The translations under genes were made by a program, and so were the position numbers. A stretch of 64,000 nt of DNA from Candidatus Curtissbacteria bacterium RIFCSPLOWO2_02_41_11. GTDB lineage: Bacteria; Patescibacteriota; Microgenomatia; Curtissbacterales; GWA2-41-24. Positions 1 to 8,544 of this stretch are shown here, in pieces. Numbering within the stretch: the first letter of the stretch is position 1; each line of letters starts with the position of its first letter. The stretch covers positions 4,487-68,486 of the forward strand of contig MFBU01000015.1 in assembly GCA_001775055.1 (NCBI GenBank), read 5' to 3'. The notes under the pieces were generated by a model. It was not told the DNA's origin and ran no database searches. It saw nothing but the letters and a program-made list of their open reading frames with translations.

Positions 1-257
1 TTAAAGGTGCCGGCGGCTAAAAAAGTTGAAGCGCTGGCAGAAAGTATAAAAAGTAATGCCGGAAAGAAAATCTTATTTTCAATCTTTAATGATTTTTTAA
101 TCGCAAGAGCATATATAATAAATGTTAAATCTGTTGCCAGAACGAAAATATCGGCAAGAGTAATAGCCCCTGATGCCCCTAAAAACGGTAATCTAATAAG
201 TTGACCAGAGATTATTGAAACAAGAACGGCAATTAAAAGAAGAGAAATTGCTTGCAT
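1..257 (-). CDS. Polytopic membrane protein N-terminus, possibly O-antigen ligase-like; runs off window edge
   Basis: Manual translation from ATG at 257: MQAISLLLIAVLVSIISGQLIRLPFLG..., open to position 1 and hydrophobic. Not in the ORF track because it is truncated. Confidence 0.6.
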   Translation of the reverse strand, partial: MQAISLLLIAVLVSIISGQLIRLPFLGASGAITLADIFVLATDLTFIIYALAIKKSLKIENKIFFPALLFILSASASTFLAAGTF

Positions 258-278
258 TAGTGAGTTTTCCGCAGTTTG

Positions 279-437
279 TGCACGCACCAGGACTTGAACT
301 TGGGAGATCCCGCCTAAATTTAGTGGGCTCATCAGGACTCGAACCTGAGGCCTTTCGCGTGTGATGCGAATGCTCTACCAACTGAGCTATGAGCCCAAAA
401 TTTTTGGCGGGCTGCTCTGCCACTGAGCTATGCGTGC
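279..437 (-). ncRNA. tRNA-like outer shell (acceptor stem, D arm, T arm) enclosing a complete tRNA in place of its anticodon loop
   Basis: Minus strand: GCACGCA-TA-GCTC-AGTGGCA-GAGC-AG-CCCGCC...GGCGGG-ATCTC-CCAAG-TTCAAGT-CCTGG-TGCGTGC-A. The 7-bp acceptor stem is perfect. Confidence 0.6.
324..396 (-). tRNA. tRNA-Val(CAC)
   Basis: GGGCTCA-TA-GCTC-AGTTGGTA-GAGC-A-TTCGC-ATCACAC-GCGAA-AGGCC-TCAGG-TTCGAGT-CCTGA-TGAGCCC-A. Canonical cloverleaf; CCA not encoded. Confidence 0.93.
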
Positions 438-483
438 GTTCTGCCCAATTGAAGCAATTTTAACATATAAGTATAATTAAAAA

Positions 484-1062
484 ATGGACATTCGCCAAAC
501 TCTTTGGGCAGTAATTCGTGAAATTATCCAAACAGCTTTAGTTTCACTGGCTATTTTCCTTTTTGTCTATGTGTTTTTAGTTCAACCTCATCGGGTTAAA
601 GGCGAATCAATGCTTCCCAATTTTTCAGATGGAGAATTACTCTTAACTGAAAAAGTTAGCTATTATTTTTCAAAACCTGCCCGTGGAGATGTAATTGTTT
701 TTGAAGCCCCGAATGCCCATAAAGTAGATTTTATTAAACGCATCGTCGGACTGCCTGGGGAAACTGTAAGTATTGAAAACGAAACTGTAGAAATCAACGG
801 CCATCCACTTTCCGAAAATTATACAAATTCTGCCACACAAGGCAATTCAACAATAACGCTTGATCAAAACCAATACTTCGTACTTGGTGATAACCGTAAT
901 TCCTCATCCGATTCAAGATCGTTTGGCCCGATTAACAAAAGTTCTTTCCGGGGAAGAGCCTGGTTGGTTTATTGGCCGATAATCAAAACTGGCGGTTCAA
1001 TGGGGGTAAGATTCGTCTCAAAGAGAGAGTATAGCATCCCTGATACGCTTAATGACTTTTGA
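484..1062 (+). CDS. lepB: Signal peptidase I
   Basis: TM helix, then V.GESMLP (catalytic Ser), RGDVIVF, FIKRIVG (Lys), GDNR.SSDSR.FG. Confidence 0.95.
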   Translation: MDIRQTLWAVIREIIQTALVSLAIFLFVYVFLVQPHRVKGESMLPNFSDGELLLTEKVSYYFSKPARGDVIVFEAPNAHKVDFIKRIVGLPGETVSIENETVEINGHPLSENYTNSATQGNSTITLDQNQYFVLGDNRNSSSDSRSFGPINKSSFRGRAWLVYWPIIKTGGSMGVRFVSKREYSIPDTLNDF

Positions 1063-1848
1063 AGTGGATTCAAGGTTACCCTTAGCAACAAATTGAACCT
1101 TGCCTTCAATTCTTGACTGGCTAATCTTAGCCTTAACTAAAACGCCATCGCTTGACAACCTTTGTGATAATTCCTCTTGAAATTTATCAAGTTCTTCATT
1201 TTCGATCCTTAAGGCCTGAGTTTTTTGTTTAGGCGCGATATTTTCTCTGGCTTTCATCTTGCGGGCAAGTTCCTCGGCACCCCTCACAGATAAATTTTTA
1301 CTGAGAATTATTTTATATGCCTCAAGTATTAAATGAGGATCTTCCAAAGAAGCCAGCGCCCTTACATGGCCTTCGGTAGTAGCTCCTGTTGCCAGCGCAT
1401 CCTTTAAAACATCGGGGATTGTCAAAAGCCTAAAGGTGTTGGAAACATAAGGAGCGCTTTTGCCAATTTTGACGGCAATTTCACCGCTTGTTAGGCCGAA
1501 TTCTTCAATAAGCCTTTTAAAAGCCTGAGCGCGCTCCAGAGGATTCAGATCAACTCTTTGAACATTTTCAATAATGGCCATCTCCAGCATTCCCTGCGGA
1601 GTTGTTTCTTTAATAATTACCGGAACCTTTAGGTGGCCTGCAATTTTAGCTGCTCGCCACCTGCGCTCACCGGCAATTATTTGATATCCGGCCGGCGTTT
1701 TGGCAACAACCAAAGGTTCCAAAACGCCATGTTCTCGGATGGAATCAACAAGCTCGACTAAAGAATCAGGGGTAATCAATCCACGGGGCTGAAGCGGATT
1801 GGGTTGTAGCATGTCAAGATCAATTTCAAAGATTTGGTTTTCTTCCAC
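1018..1848 (-). CDS. parB: ParB/Spo0J chromosome partitioning protein
   Basis: PNPLQPR, GVLEPLVV, IIAGERRWRAA, IIENVQRVDLNPLE and an HTH region. Confidence 0.95.
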   Translation of the reverse strand: MEENQIFEIDLDMLQPNPLQPRGLITPDSLVELVDSIREHGVLEPLVVAKTPAGYQIIAGERRWRAAKIAGHLKVPVIIKETTPQGMLEMAIIENVQRVDLNPLERAQAFKRLIEEFGLTSGEIAVKIGKSAPYVSNTFRLLTIPDVLKDALATGATTEGHVRALASLEDPHLILEAYKIILSKNLSVRGAEELARKMKARENIAPKQKTQALRIENEELDKFQEELSQRLSSDGVLVKAKISQSRIEGKVQFVAKGNLESTSKVIKRIRDAILSL

Positions 1849-1854
1849 CTTATT

Positions 1855-2103
1855 TTAACTTACTATTTCGACATATTTTTTGCCGAATTTCTGCTTAAAA
1901 GCAACTATACCTGATTCGACTGCCAATATTGTATGATCACGCCCTATCATTGTGCCGCGGCCCGGGTAAAATTTGGTACCTCTTTGACGAATGATGATAT
2001 TTCCAGGAGAAGCGCTTTGCCCACCAAAAACTTTCACGCCCAAGCGTTTGCCGGCCGAATCGCGATTTTTAACTGTCGCTCCGCCACCTTTTTTATGTGC
2101 CAT
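1855..2103 (-). CDS. rpmA: 50S ribosomal protein L27
   Basis: MAHKKGGG...[24 protein letters not shown]. Confidence 0.98.
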   Translation of the reverse strand: MAHKKGGGATVKNRDSAGKRLGVKVFGGQSASPGNIIIRQRGTKFYPGRGTMIGRDHTILAVESGIVAFKQKFGKKYVEIVS

Positions 2104-2115
2104 GGTTCTCTTGGG

Positions 2116-2144
2116 ATTTTACTTTTATTTTCACAAACTGTCAA
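2116..2144 (-). promoter_or_regulatory. sigma70-type promoter for rpmA
   Basis: TTGACA (2144-2139), 17 bp, TAAAAT (2121-2116) on the minus strand. Confidence 0.65.
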
Positions 2145-2191
2145 CGCTTTGGTTGTTTATAGATTGATATAGTTTGTAGCAGGAATGTTAA

Positions 2192-2509
2192 CTAGACCTG
2201 GATTTTTTCGATCAAAACTTTTGTTTTGGACTGCCTGTGGCCCCTGATTCTCAAATAATGGGACTTAGATTTAAATTTGACTACTCTTACTTTTTTACTC
2301 TTAAAATCTTCTAATATTTTGGCTTTGACTGCAGCTTTTTCAAGCAAGGGTTTACCAATTTTGAGGGTTCCATTTGAACTAACAAGAAGAACCTCGTCAA
2401 ATTTAACCGAGTCCCCTTCTTTTTTACCTATTTTCTCAACTTCTAGAGTCTCGCCTTCTTGGACTTTATATTGCTTGCCGCCAGTCTTGATAACTGCCCA
2501 TGTATCCAT
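2192..2509 (-). CDS. rplU: 50S ribosomal protein L21
   Basis: AVIKTGGKQYKV...GHRQ. Start moved to ATG 2509, 8 nt after a TAAAAT -10 box. Confidence 0.97.
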   Translation of the reverse strand: MDTWAVIKTGGKQYKVQEGETLEVEKIGKKEGDSVKFDEVLLVSSNGTLKIGKPLLEKAAVKAKILEDFKSKKVRVVKFKSKSHYLRIRGHRQSKTKVLIEKIQV

Positions 2510-2551
2510 AGAAGTGAATTTTAACATTTAACTTGTTAGTACTCAACTAAA

Positions 2552-3601
2552 TCATTGACGATTAAATCTTATAATTGAAAAAATTACTCCTAATAAAAAA
2601 AGTGTAGATATCAGTGAAGATCCACCATATGAATAAAGCGGTAGAGTAATTCCGGTTATTGGTAAAAGTCCCATATTCATGGAGATGTTAACTGTATATT
2701 GAAGAATTAAGAATGAAGCTGTACCAACTATAACTAGTTGTCCGAAACGGTCAACCGAGCCTGTAATTTTTAGAATTTTATGAATTAAAAAGGAAAAAAG
2801 GATAATAAGAAGTACACCACCCAAAAAACCCAATTGTTCAACAGTTGCTGCAAAAATAAAATCGCTTTCGGCCTCCGGCAAAAATTTGAGCCCAGACTGA
2901 GACCCACGACCTAAACCACGACCTATAAACTCACCAGAACCAACTGCAATTTTTGACTGAATAAGATGATAACCAGTTCCTAAGGGATCAGCACTAGGGT
3001 TTATAAATGTTTTGATTCTGGCCTGTTGATACGGAGCAAGTAGTTTGAACAAAATTGCCCCTAAAATTAGCAGGGATATAGATAGATAAGTTAGATGTTT
3101 TGGACGAATTCCGCAGGCAAGTGAAATTCCAAACCAAATTCCCAAAATGGCCAAAACATTGCCAACATCCGGCTCCCAAAAAATCAAGCTAATCACAGGT
3201 AAAATAATTAAGAAACTATAAATTAAGTTTTTAAAATCCGCTGCCGATCTTTCTAAATAAAAAACGGCAAGTATGAAAATAGTACCGACTTTGGCAATTT
3301 CTGAAGGCTGAAAGCGAAATATTCCTAAATCAATCCAGCGTACTGATCCGCGCACCGGCTCTCCCACTAAAAATAACAGTGAAAGAGTAAAAATTGCCAA
3401 AAAGTAAAAAGGGATAGAGAGCTTTCCCCAAATTTTATAATCCAGAAACGAGATTAAGAATAAGGTAACTAAACCAATAATCCAAAAAACAAATTGATTG
3501 GCGGCGAGATTTTTATCAATCGAGAAAATCACTAAAAGAGAAAGTGAACCGATTGCCAAAATTACTAAAAACAACAAAGCATCCCATTTTTTTTTCATCA
3601 A
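2552..3601 (-). CDS. rodA: SEDS family rod shape-determining protein RodA
   Basis: RWIDLG..FQPSE.AK, GYHLIQSKIAVGSG, LPEAESDFIFA, GITLPLYSYGGSS. Confidence 0.9.
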   Translation of the reverse strand: MMKKKWDALLFLVILAIGSLSLLVIFSIDKNLAANQFVFWIIGLVTLFLISFLDYKIWGKLSIPFYFLAIFTLSLLFLVGEPVRGSVRWIDLGIFRFQPSEIAKVGTIFILAVFYLERSAADFKNLIYSFLIILPVISLIFWEPDVGNVLAILGIWFGISLACGIRPKHLTYLSISLLILGAILFKLLAPYQQARIKTFINPSADPLGTGYHLIQSKIAVGSGEFIGRGLGRGSQSGLKFLPEAESDFIFAATVEQLGFLGGVLLIILFSFLIHKILKITGSVDRFGQLVIVGTASFLILQYTVNISMNMGLLPITGITLPLYSYGGSSLISTLFLLGVIFSIIRFNRQ

Positions 3602-3622
3602 TTTTAGATATTTTTATGAAGT

Positions 3623-6541
3623 CTAACCTATTCTAATTTCTAGCTTTGAGGATTTTATCAACCTCTTAGCCAAAGTTTCGCGCTTGATGTAATCTTCAAA
3701 TTCTTTCGGCCAAGAAGGTAAACGGACAATAATTTTCTCACTAAGATTACAGCCTGCCTCTTTTCTAGCCTGCTGAATTTGCCGAACAATTTCCCGAGCT
3801 TGCCCTTCAGCTAATGCTTGATTGCCGGCACTTTTAAGATGTGTGATATTACCGCTAACAGCAAATTCTTTCCCTATCCCTTTAAATATTCCCTCATACT
3901 CTAATTCTTTAACATTGACTTCATCTCTGAGTATTTTTAAAACGCTTTCCGAGATTGGTGCTGGTCCTTCATACGTAATATTGATTAGAGGAATTCTTAC
4001 TTTAATCTCGCTCATTTTTCTAAAGGCATGAATTACAGATGCGAGTTTTATTGCATTTTCCATGTCCTTCTCTATTTGCGGTTCTGATTTTAACTTTTCT
4101 AGATCGGGCCAGTTGGAAAGGTGAACTGATTGTTTACCTGTTAAATTCCTATATATCTCATCACTTACAAAGGGAATCATTGGCGCTAATACTTTTGAAT
4201 ACTCGGTTAATGTAATATACAGAGCTTGATAGGCATCATCTTTGTCCTGGGCATTTTCGGCTGTTGGACCAATTCTGTCTCTTGACCGTCTAACAAACCA
4301 ATTTGATACGTCTCTGATTACAAAAATTTCTGCATTTCCAATTGCATCTGCAGCATTATACCGTTCTAGGGCCTTTTGAACATTTTCTATATTTCCTCTT
4401 AATCTTGAAAGTAACCAGCGGTCTAGTACATTTACAGGTTGAAATTTATCTTTGAGGGACCAATTTTCAGTATTGGCGTAGTTTACGAAAAATGCATAAA
4501 CATTCCAAAGTCTTAAATAAAACCAACGTCTCACCTCATCTGCCCGATGGTAACCAAATAACAAATTGTCTACCGGATTCTGCCGTAGATACATCCAGCG
4601 CATAACATCAACGCCGATTTTATCTGCAGCATCGTTAAACTCGATGGCATTGCCTTTGCTTTTGTGCATTTCCTCACCTTTTTCGTCAAGAAGCGTGGCA
4701 AAACCTAAAACAGTTTTTGTGGGATTGGTGTTTTTAAGAACGGTTGACATGGCAATAAGACTGTAAAACCAATTTTTGAATTGACCAGGGAATGATTCGG
4801 TAATAAAATCGGCCGGAAACCAATCAGGCGGCATGGTTGAAAAAGGTACAATGCCGGCGTCAAGCCAAGGATTGCCAACATCGGGAATTCTGAAGGACAC
4901 TTCCCGACACTTGGAACATCTGATCTTTACCGAATCAATCCATGGTCGGTGTGGTGAGTTCCCTTCAAATTTGTCCCAGCCTTCGACTGCTTTACTCTTG
5001 AACTCTTCTTTGCTTCCAATTACCTCAAAATTACCGCATTTTGCGCATTCCCAAACGGGCAGAGCCAGACCCCAATAGCGTTTTTTGGAAATAAGCCAAT
5101 CTTGCATATTGGCAAGCCAATCAAGCTCGCGCTCCAAACCCCAAGATGGAATCCAGTTGATTTTTCTGGCAACTTTTATCATTTGTTGTCTTAAGGTCTC
5201 TTCCGACTTCTGACTTCCGACTTCTGACTTCCGATCCATGGCAATATACCATTCATCTACCACTCGCCAAACAAGTTCGGTTTTGCAGCGCCAGCAGACC
5301 GGATAACGGTGGGTATAGTCTTCAATTTTAAATAAGACGCCTTTCGCCTTTAGCTTTTCGATAACTAGGCTTGGATTTTCTTTGGCATTTTTGCCGGTTA
5401 GATCATCGAATCCTTCGATGTAGTTGGCTGATTCATCAATTGACTCAACGATGGCTAACTTTTCTTTTTTCGCCAAATCAAAATCTTCCTCACCCGCGCC
5501 AGGAGCGATGTGAACTAATCCTGTCCCCTCTTCGGCAGTAACTAGGTCTTTATCGGCAACGATTTTATGTTTGACTCCTTTAAGTGCCGGGAGTTCATCG
5601 AATACTCCTTCATAAGTAAGTCCGACTAATTCCTTGCCCTTGAGCAATTTTGGGGGTCTCTGATTAAAACCAAGTGATTTAGCTATGGTTGATTCGATGA
5701 TTAAAGATTCTCCATTGATTTTCCAAAATCCATATTTAAGCTCTGGATTAACGGCAATGGCAACATTTGATGGCAGAGTCCAGGGCGTCGTTGTCCAGAC
5801 GAGGAGGAACAATTGACCTTTGCCGCCGTTGGCGAGCCTCGCCCTTCGCGGGACTCTTGACTCTTGACTCTTGACTCTATACTTTACATAGACTGCCTTG
5901 TGAGTTATTTCCTGATATTCTTCGGTTAAAATCTCGTGCTGGGAAATGGCTGTGCCGCAGCGGGGACACCAGGGAACAGAATCTCTTCCCTTATATAAAT
6001 ATCCCTTTTGATGACAAACTTTTAAGAAATTCCAGATAGCATAGTTATTTTCATCGGATGAGGTGTGGTAGGAGTTGTCCCAGTCCATAAAATAGCCAAG
6101 ACGCTTGCTTTGTTCAGTCTGGATTTTTGAATATTTTTTGACGCGCTCTTTGCAAAGATTAACAAATTTGTCGATGCCAAATTTTTCGATATCCTTTTTA
6201 TTTTTAAAACCAAGCTCTTTTTCGACTTCGACTTCGACCCAAAGGCCCTGTTCGTCAAAGCCATTTTGAAAACGCTGTTTTGCGCCTTGCATATTGTAAA
6301 AGCGCTGCCAGAGATCCTTGTAAGTTCGGCCCCAGGCGTGGTGAACGCCCATGGGGTTGTTGGCAGTAATCGGACCGTCAAGAAAGGAGAATTTTTTCTT
6401 AGAGTTTTTGTTTTTTTCTAAATATTTTTTGACAATTCCCTCTTTATACCAATTCTCGAGCAGCCTTTTTTCCATAGCCACAAAATCCTGCTTGGGATCA
6501 ACCGGTTTAAATTTGCCACTTTTTCCTACCATGTGTGTCAT
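3623..6541 (-). CDS. ileS: Isoleucine--tRNA ligase (type 2)
   Basis: DGPITAN.PMGVHHA, WTTTPWTLP, GTGLVHIAPG, DWLISKKRYWG, EMHKSKGN. True start is probably ATG 6532. Confidence 0.96.
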   Translation of the reverse strand: MTHMVGKSGKFKPVDPKQDFVAMEKRLLENWYKEGIVKKYLEKNKNSKKKFSFLDGPITANNPMGVHHAWGRTYKDLWQRFYNMQGAKQRFQNGFDEQGLWVEVEVEKELGFKNKKDIEKFGIDKFVNLCKERVKKYSKIQTEQSKRLGYFMDWDNSYHTSSDENNYAIWNFLKVCHQKGYLYKGRDSVPWCPRCGTAISQHEILTEEYQEITHKAVYVKYRVKSQESRVPRRARLANGGKGQLFLLVWTTTPWTLPSNVAIAVNPELKYGFWKINGESLIIESTIAKSLGFNQRPPKLLKGKELVGLTYEGVFDELPALKGVKHKIVADKDLVTAEEGTGLVHIAPGAGEEDFDLAKKEKLAIVESIDESANYIEGFDDLTGKNAKENPSLVIEKLKAKGVLFKIEDYTHRYPVCWRCKTELVWRVVDEWYIAMDRKSEVGSQKSEETLRQQMIKVARKINWIPSWGLERELDWLANMQDWLISKKRYWGLALPVWECAKCGNFEVIGSKEEFKSKAVEGWDKFEGNSPHRPWIDSVKIRCSKCREVSFRIPDVGNPWLDAGIVPFSTMPPDWFPADFITESFPGQFKNWFYSLIAMSTVLKNTNPTKTVLGFATLLDEKGEEMHKSKGNAIEFNDAADKIGVDVMRWMYLRQNPVDNLLFGYHRADEVRRWFYLRLWNVYAFFVNYANTENWSLKDKFQPVNVLDRWLLSRLRGNIENVQKALERYNAADAIGNAEIFVIRDVSNWFVRRSRDRIGPTAENAQDKDDAYQALYITLTEYSKVLAPMIPFVSDEIYRNLTGKQSVHLSNWPDLEKLKSEPQIEKDMENAIKLASVIHAFRKMSEIKVRIPLINITYEGPAPISESVLKILRDEVNVKELEYEGIFKGIGKEFAVSGNITHLKSAGNQALAEGQAREIVRQIQQARKEAGCNLSEKIIVRLPSWPKEFEDYIKRETLAKRLIKSSKLEIRIG
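5202..5234. repeat. 7-bp tandem repeat (TCYGACT)n in frame within ileS
   Basis: TCCGACT TCTGACT TCCGACT TCTGACT TCCGA; encodes RKSEVGSQKSE. Confidence 0.9.
5821..5879. repeat. Palindromic element plus (GACTCTT)4 in frame within ileS
   Basis: GCCGCCGTTGGCGAGCCTCGC matches the intergenic copy at 14622-14642; followed by GACTCTT x4. Confidence 0.85.
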
Positions 6542-6619
6542 TATATCAGCAGATCACTTCAGTATGAATGCCAATGACGTTGCTTTATATTTAAATACCT
6601 GATAAACTTTGCCACACTT

Positions 6620-7006
6620 ATGCCAGTAGAGAATCGAAACGTTCATAGGGTATTATCAGATCTATTAGTGAGGAGCTCAAGGGGCGCACTTAGGGAAGAA
6701 TCGCGACATTTGCCTCCTCAGTTGAGAAGTTTTCCAGAACTACAAGAAGAGTCCAAATTAGCTGAAGAAGTTAGATTGGCTCAAGCAGCTGTATGGGACT
6801 CTGATGAAGCTCTCAAATTGATAAGTCAGCTCTATGGTGTTGGTGCTATTACCATGTCTGACTATTTAGCTCAAGGCGTAACCCCAGATTTAGTAGCAGG
6901 GATGGGAATTCTCGCCAAAGCACAATATTGTGAGGTAGATAAAAGTGCTATCAGAATCACAATTTCTGGGATGAGATTTGTGGAAGACCAACTTAGGGAT
7001 TTTTAA
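6620..7006 (+). CDS. Hypothetical protein, possible winged-helix C-terminus
   Basis: 128-aa ORF; IRITISGMRFV resembles a wHTH wing (weak). Confidence 0.6.
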   Translation: MPVENRNVHRVLSDLLVRSSRGALREESRHLPPQLRSFPELQEESKLAEEVRLAQAAVWDSDEALKLISQLYGVGAITMSDYLAQGVTPDLVAGMGILAKAQYCEVDKSAIRITISGMRFVEDQLRDF

Positions 7007-7117
7007 GGTATTGATATTTCTTCTTTTTCAATTTTTTTTAAAGAAACTTGTTTCTAGACTTGACGGAAATTATTTTTATTTATTATACTTTTGCAAAGAT
7101 TAAGGTTTTATTTAGAA

Positions 7118-7828
7118 TCAAGCTGTAACCTTCAAAGTTTTTTCAAAAAAATCAGCAACCTCAGTATTTATTTTCTCAAGATCCACACCTCTGATGTCAT
7201 GATTTGCGCCTTTGATAATTTCTAACTTTTTGACTTTGGAGTCTAAAGATTTGAGAAGTCTTTGGCTTTGGGCAAGAGGCACTACATCATCTTGATCACC
7301 ATGAATAATTAAAGTAGGAGCTTTAATATTTTTGGCTTTTTGGTAAATATTGATATTTTTGGTTTCATGACGAAACCTTTTTCCACGATCATTGGAGATT
7401 TGCACCTTAGACCAATCTGATACCGGGGCTTTAAGAGCAAGCGCTTGAATTGGATGATCTGTTGCATAAAGTAGCGCGATGTAGCCACCGAAACTTGAGC
7501 CATAGATGGCAATTTTCTTTTTGCCTAAGGTTTTGATTGCAGATTTTAAGTCATCCAAACCGTAAAGTGGCGTAATCTCATCGATATTCCCTTGCGATTC
7601 TCCATGTCCAGTAAAATCAAATCTTAAAACCGAAAGTCCACTCTCAACCAACTTTTGAGCCAGAGCCCGGCTGGTAATCGGATTATCCTTTGAACTGTGA
7701 AATCCATGGCACATGATAATGGCTGGTGCGCTGCGATTCTCTCCCTCAAAAATTGCCGAAAGGTTCAATCCTCTTGAATTTTTGAAGCTTCTTCTTTCTC
7801 TAAACATAATTTTTCGAAAAACTATCAC
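7118..7828 (-). CDS. Alpha/beta hydrolase
   Basis: CHGF, RFDFTGHGES, GSSFGG nucleophile elbow, HGDQDDVVP, GANH. Start is probably ATG 7807. Confidence 0.9.
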   Translation of the reverse strand: MIVFRKIMFRERRSFKNSRGLNLSAIFEGENRSAPAIIMCHGFHSSKDNPITSRALAQKLVESGLSVLRFDFTGHGESQGNIDEITPLYGLDDLKSAIKTLGKKKIAIYGSSFGGYIALLYATDHPIQALALKAPVSDWSKVQISNDRGKRFRHETKNINIYQKAKNIKAPTLIIHGDQDDVVPLAQSQRLLKSLDSKVKKLEIIKGANHDIRGVDLEKINTEVADFFEKTLKVTA

Positions 7829-7855
7829 AATCTATGATATATCAGAAAATGTGAT
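7824..7855. repeat. 32-bp imperfect palindrome, copy 1
   Basis: ATCACAATCTATGATA|TATCAGAAAATGTGAT. Confidence 0.85.
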
Positions 7856-7859
7856 GAAA

Positions 7860-8450
7860 TTAGATTCCAAAATACCTCCTGTAAGCTGCTTCATTTTCGA
7901 GACTGCCAACTTTTAAAATTTGGACTTCGTTGCCAATTTCAAATAACAATCTCAAATACTCAATTTCATCTTCACACTTAAAAGGAGTAAGATAAACGCT
8001 CCTTTGGAGTTTTAAAAACCTAAGTTTGTTCAACATAGTTCTAAACATTTCGCTATTTGCCCTTTTTCCAGTTTGGACATCATAAATTACCAGACGCCAT
8101 TTGCCATCCCAATTTGATTCAAGCACCATTTCATCTATTTTATATCTTAAGAGTTTTTGTTTACCTTTATGGGTAATTTTAATTATCGGAACACCTTTTT
8201 CCTCTTTGACTTCTACCAGTTTGGAGCTTTGCATCCTTTTTATCACTTGTCTAAGCCTCCACAGATTAAACTTTTCCCATTCCTTTTGTCTTTTGTTTCT
8301 ATCCGCTTCTTTAACAACATCAATAAAGGGTTTTGCCGCCATTGGTAGCCCCGGGAAAATAATACTTGCAGCTAGAAATGCACCCGCTCCTAATAGCATC
8401 AGAACTTCTTTTGTTTTCGGATCAATTTTAACCTGACTGATAACTTTCAC
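7860..8450 (-). CDS. PaaX-like protein (wHTH plus Cas2-like ferredoxin-fold domain)
   Basis: IKITHKGKQ wing, then WDGKWRLVIYDV and FLKLQRSVYLTP. Confidence 0.8.
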   Translation of the reverse strand: MKVISQVKIDPKTKEVLMLLGAGAFLAASIIFPGLPMAAKPFIDVVKEADRNKRQKEWEKFNLWRLRQVIKRMQSSKLVEVKEEKGVPIIKITHKGKQKLLRYKIDEMVLESNWDGKWRLVIYDVQTGKRANSEMFRTMLNKLRFLKLQRSVYLTPFKCEDEIEYLRLLFEIGNEVQILKVGSLENEAAYRRYFGI

Positions 8451-8461
8451 AAATTAATAAT

Positions 8462-8493
8462 ATCTCAATTTCTGATATGTCAGAAAATGTGAT
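8462..8493. repeat. 32-bp imperfect palindrome, copy 2
   Basis: ATCTCAATTTCTGATA|TGTCAGAAAATGTGAT. Confidence 0.85.
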
Positions 8494-8544
8494 GTTTATG
8501 CTATGGGGTTATGCGGAACCATATGGGATTATTTATCGAAGGGT

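Noticed and set aside
7..204. 65-aa plus-strand ORF
   Set aside because: Antisense shadow of the truncated membrane protein gene starting at 257.
193..423. 76-aa minus-strand ORF
   Set aside because: It overlaps the tRNA-Val gene and the tRNA-like shell; it is a translation of structural RNA.
1018..1848. Plasmid or prophage partition module
   Set aside because: Spo0J-type chromosomal ParB among housekeeping genes; no parA, rep gene or parS consensus seen nearby.
6542..6619. T-box or riboswitch upstream of ileS
   Set aside because: The intergenic space is too short and has no T-box consensus or terminator.
7860..8450. CRISPR-Cas locus suggested by the Cas2-like domain
   Set aside because: No cas1 or other cas genes and no repeat-spacer array in the window; the 32-bp palindromes are not regularly spaced.
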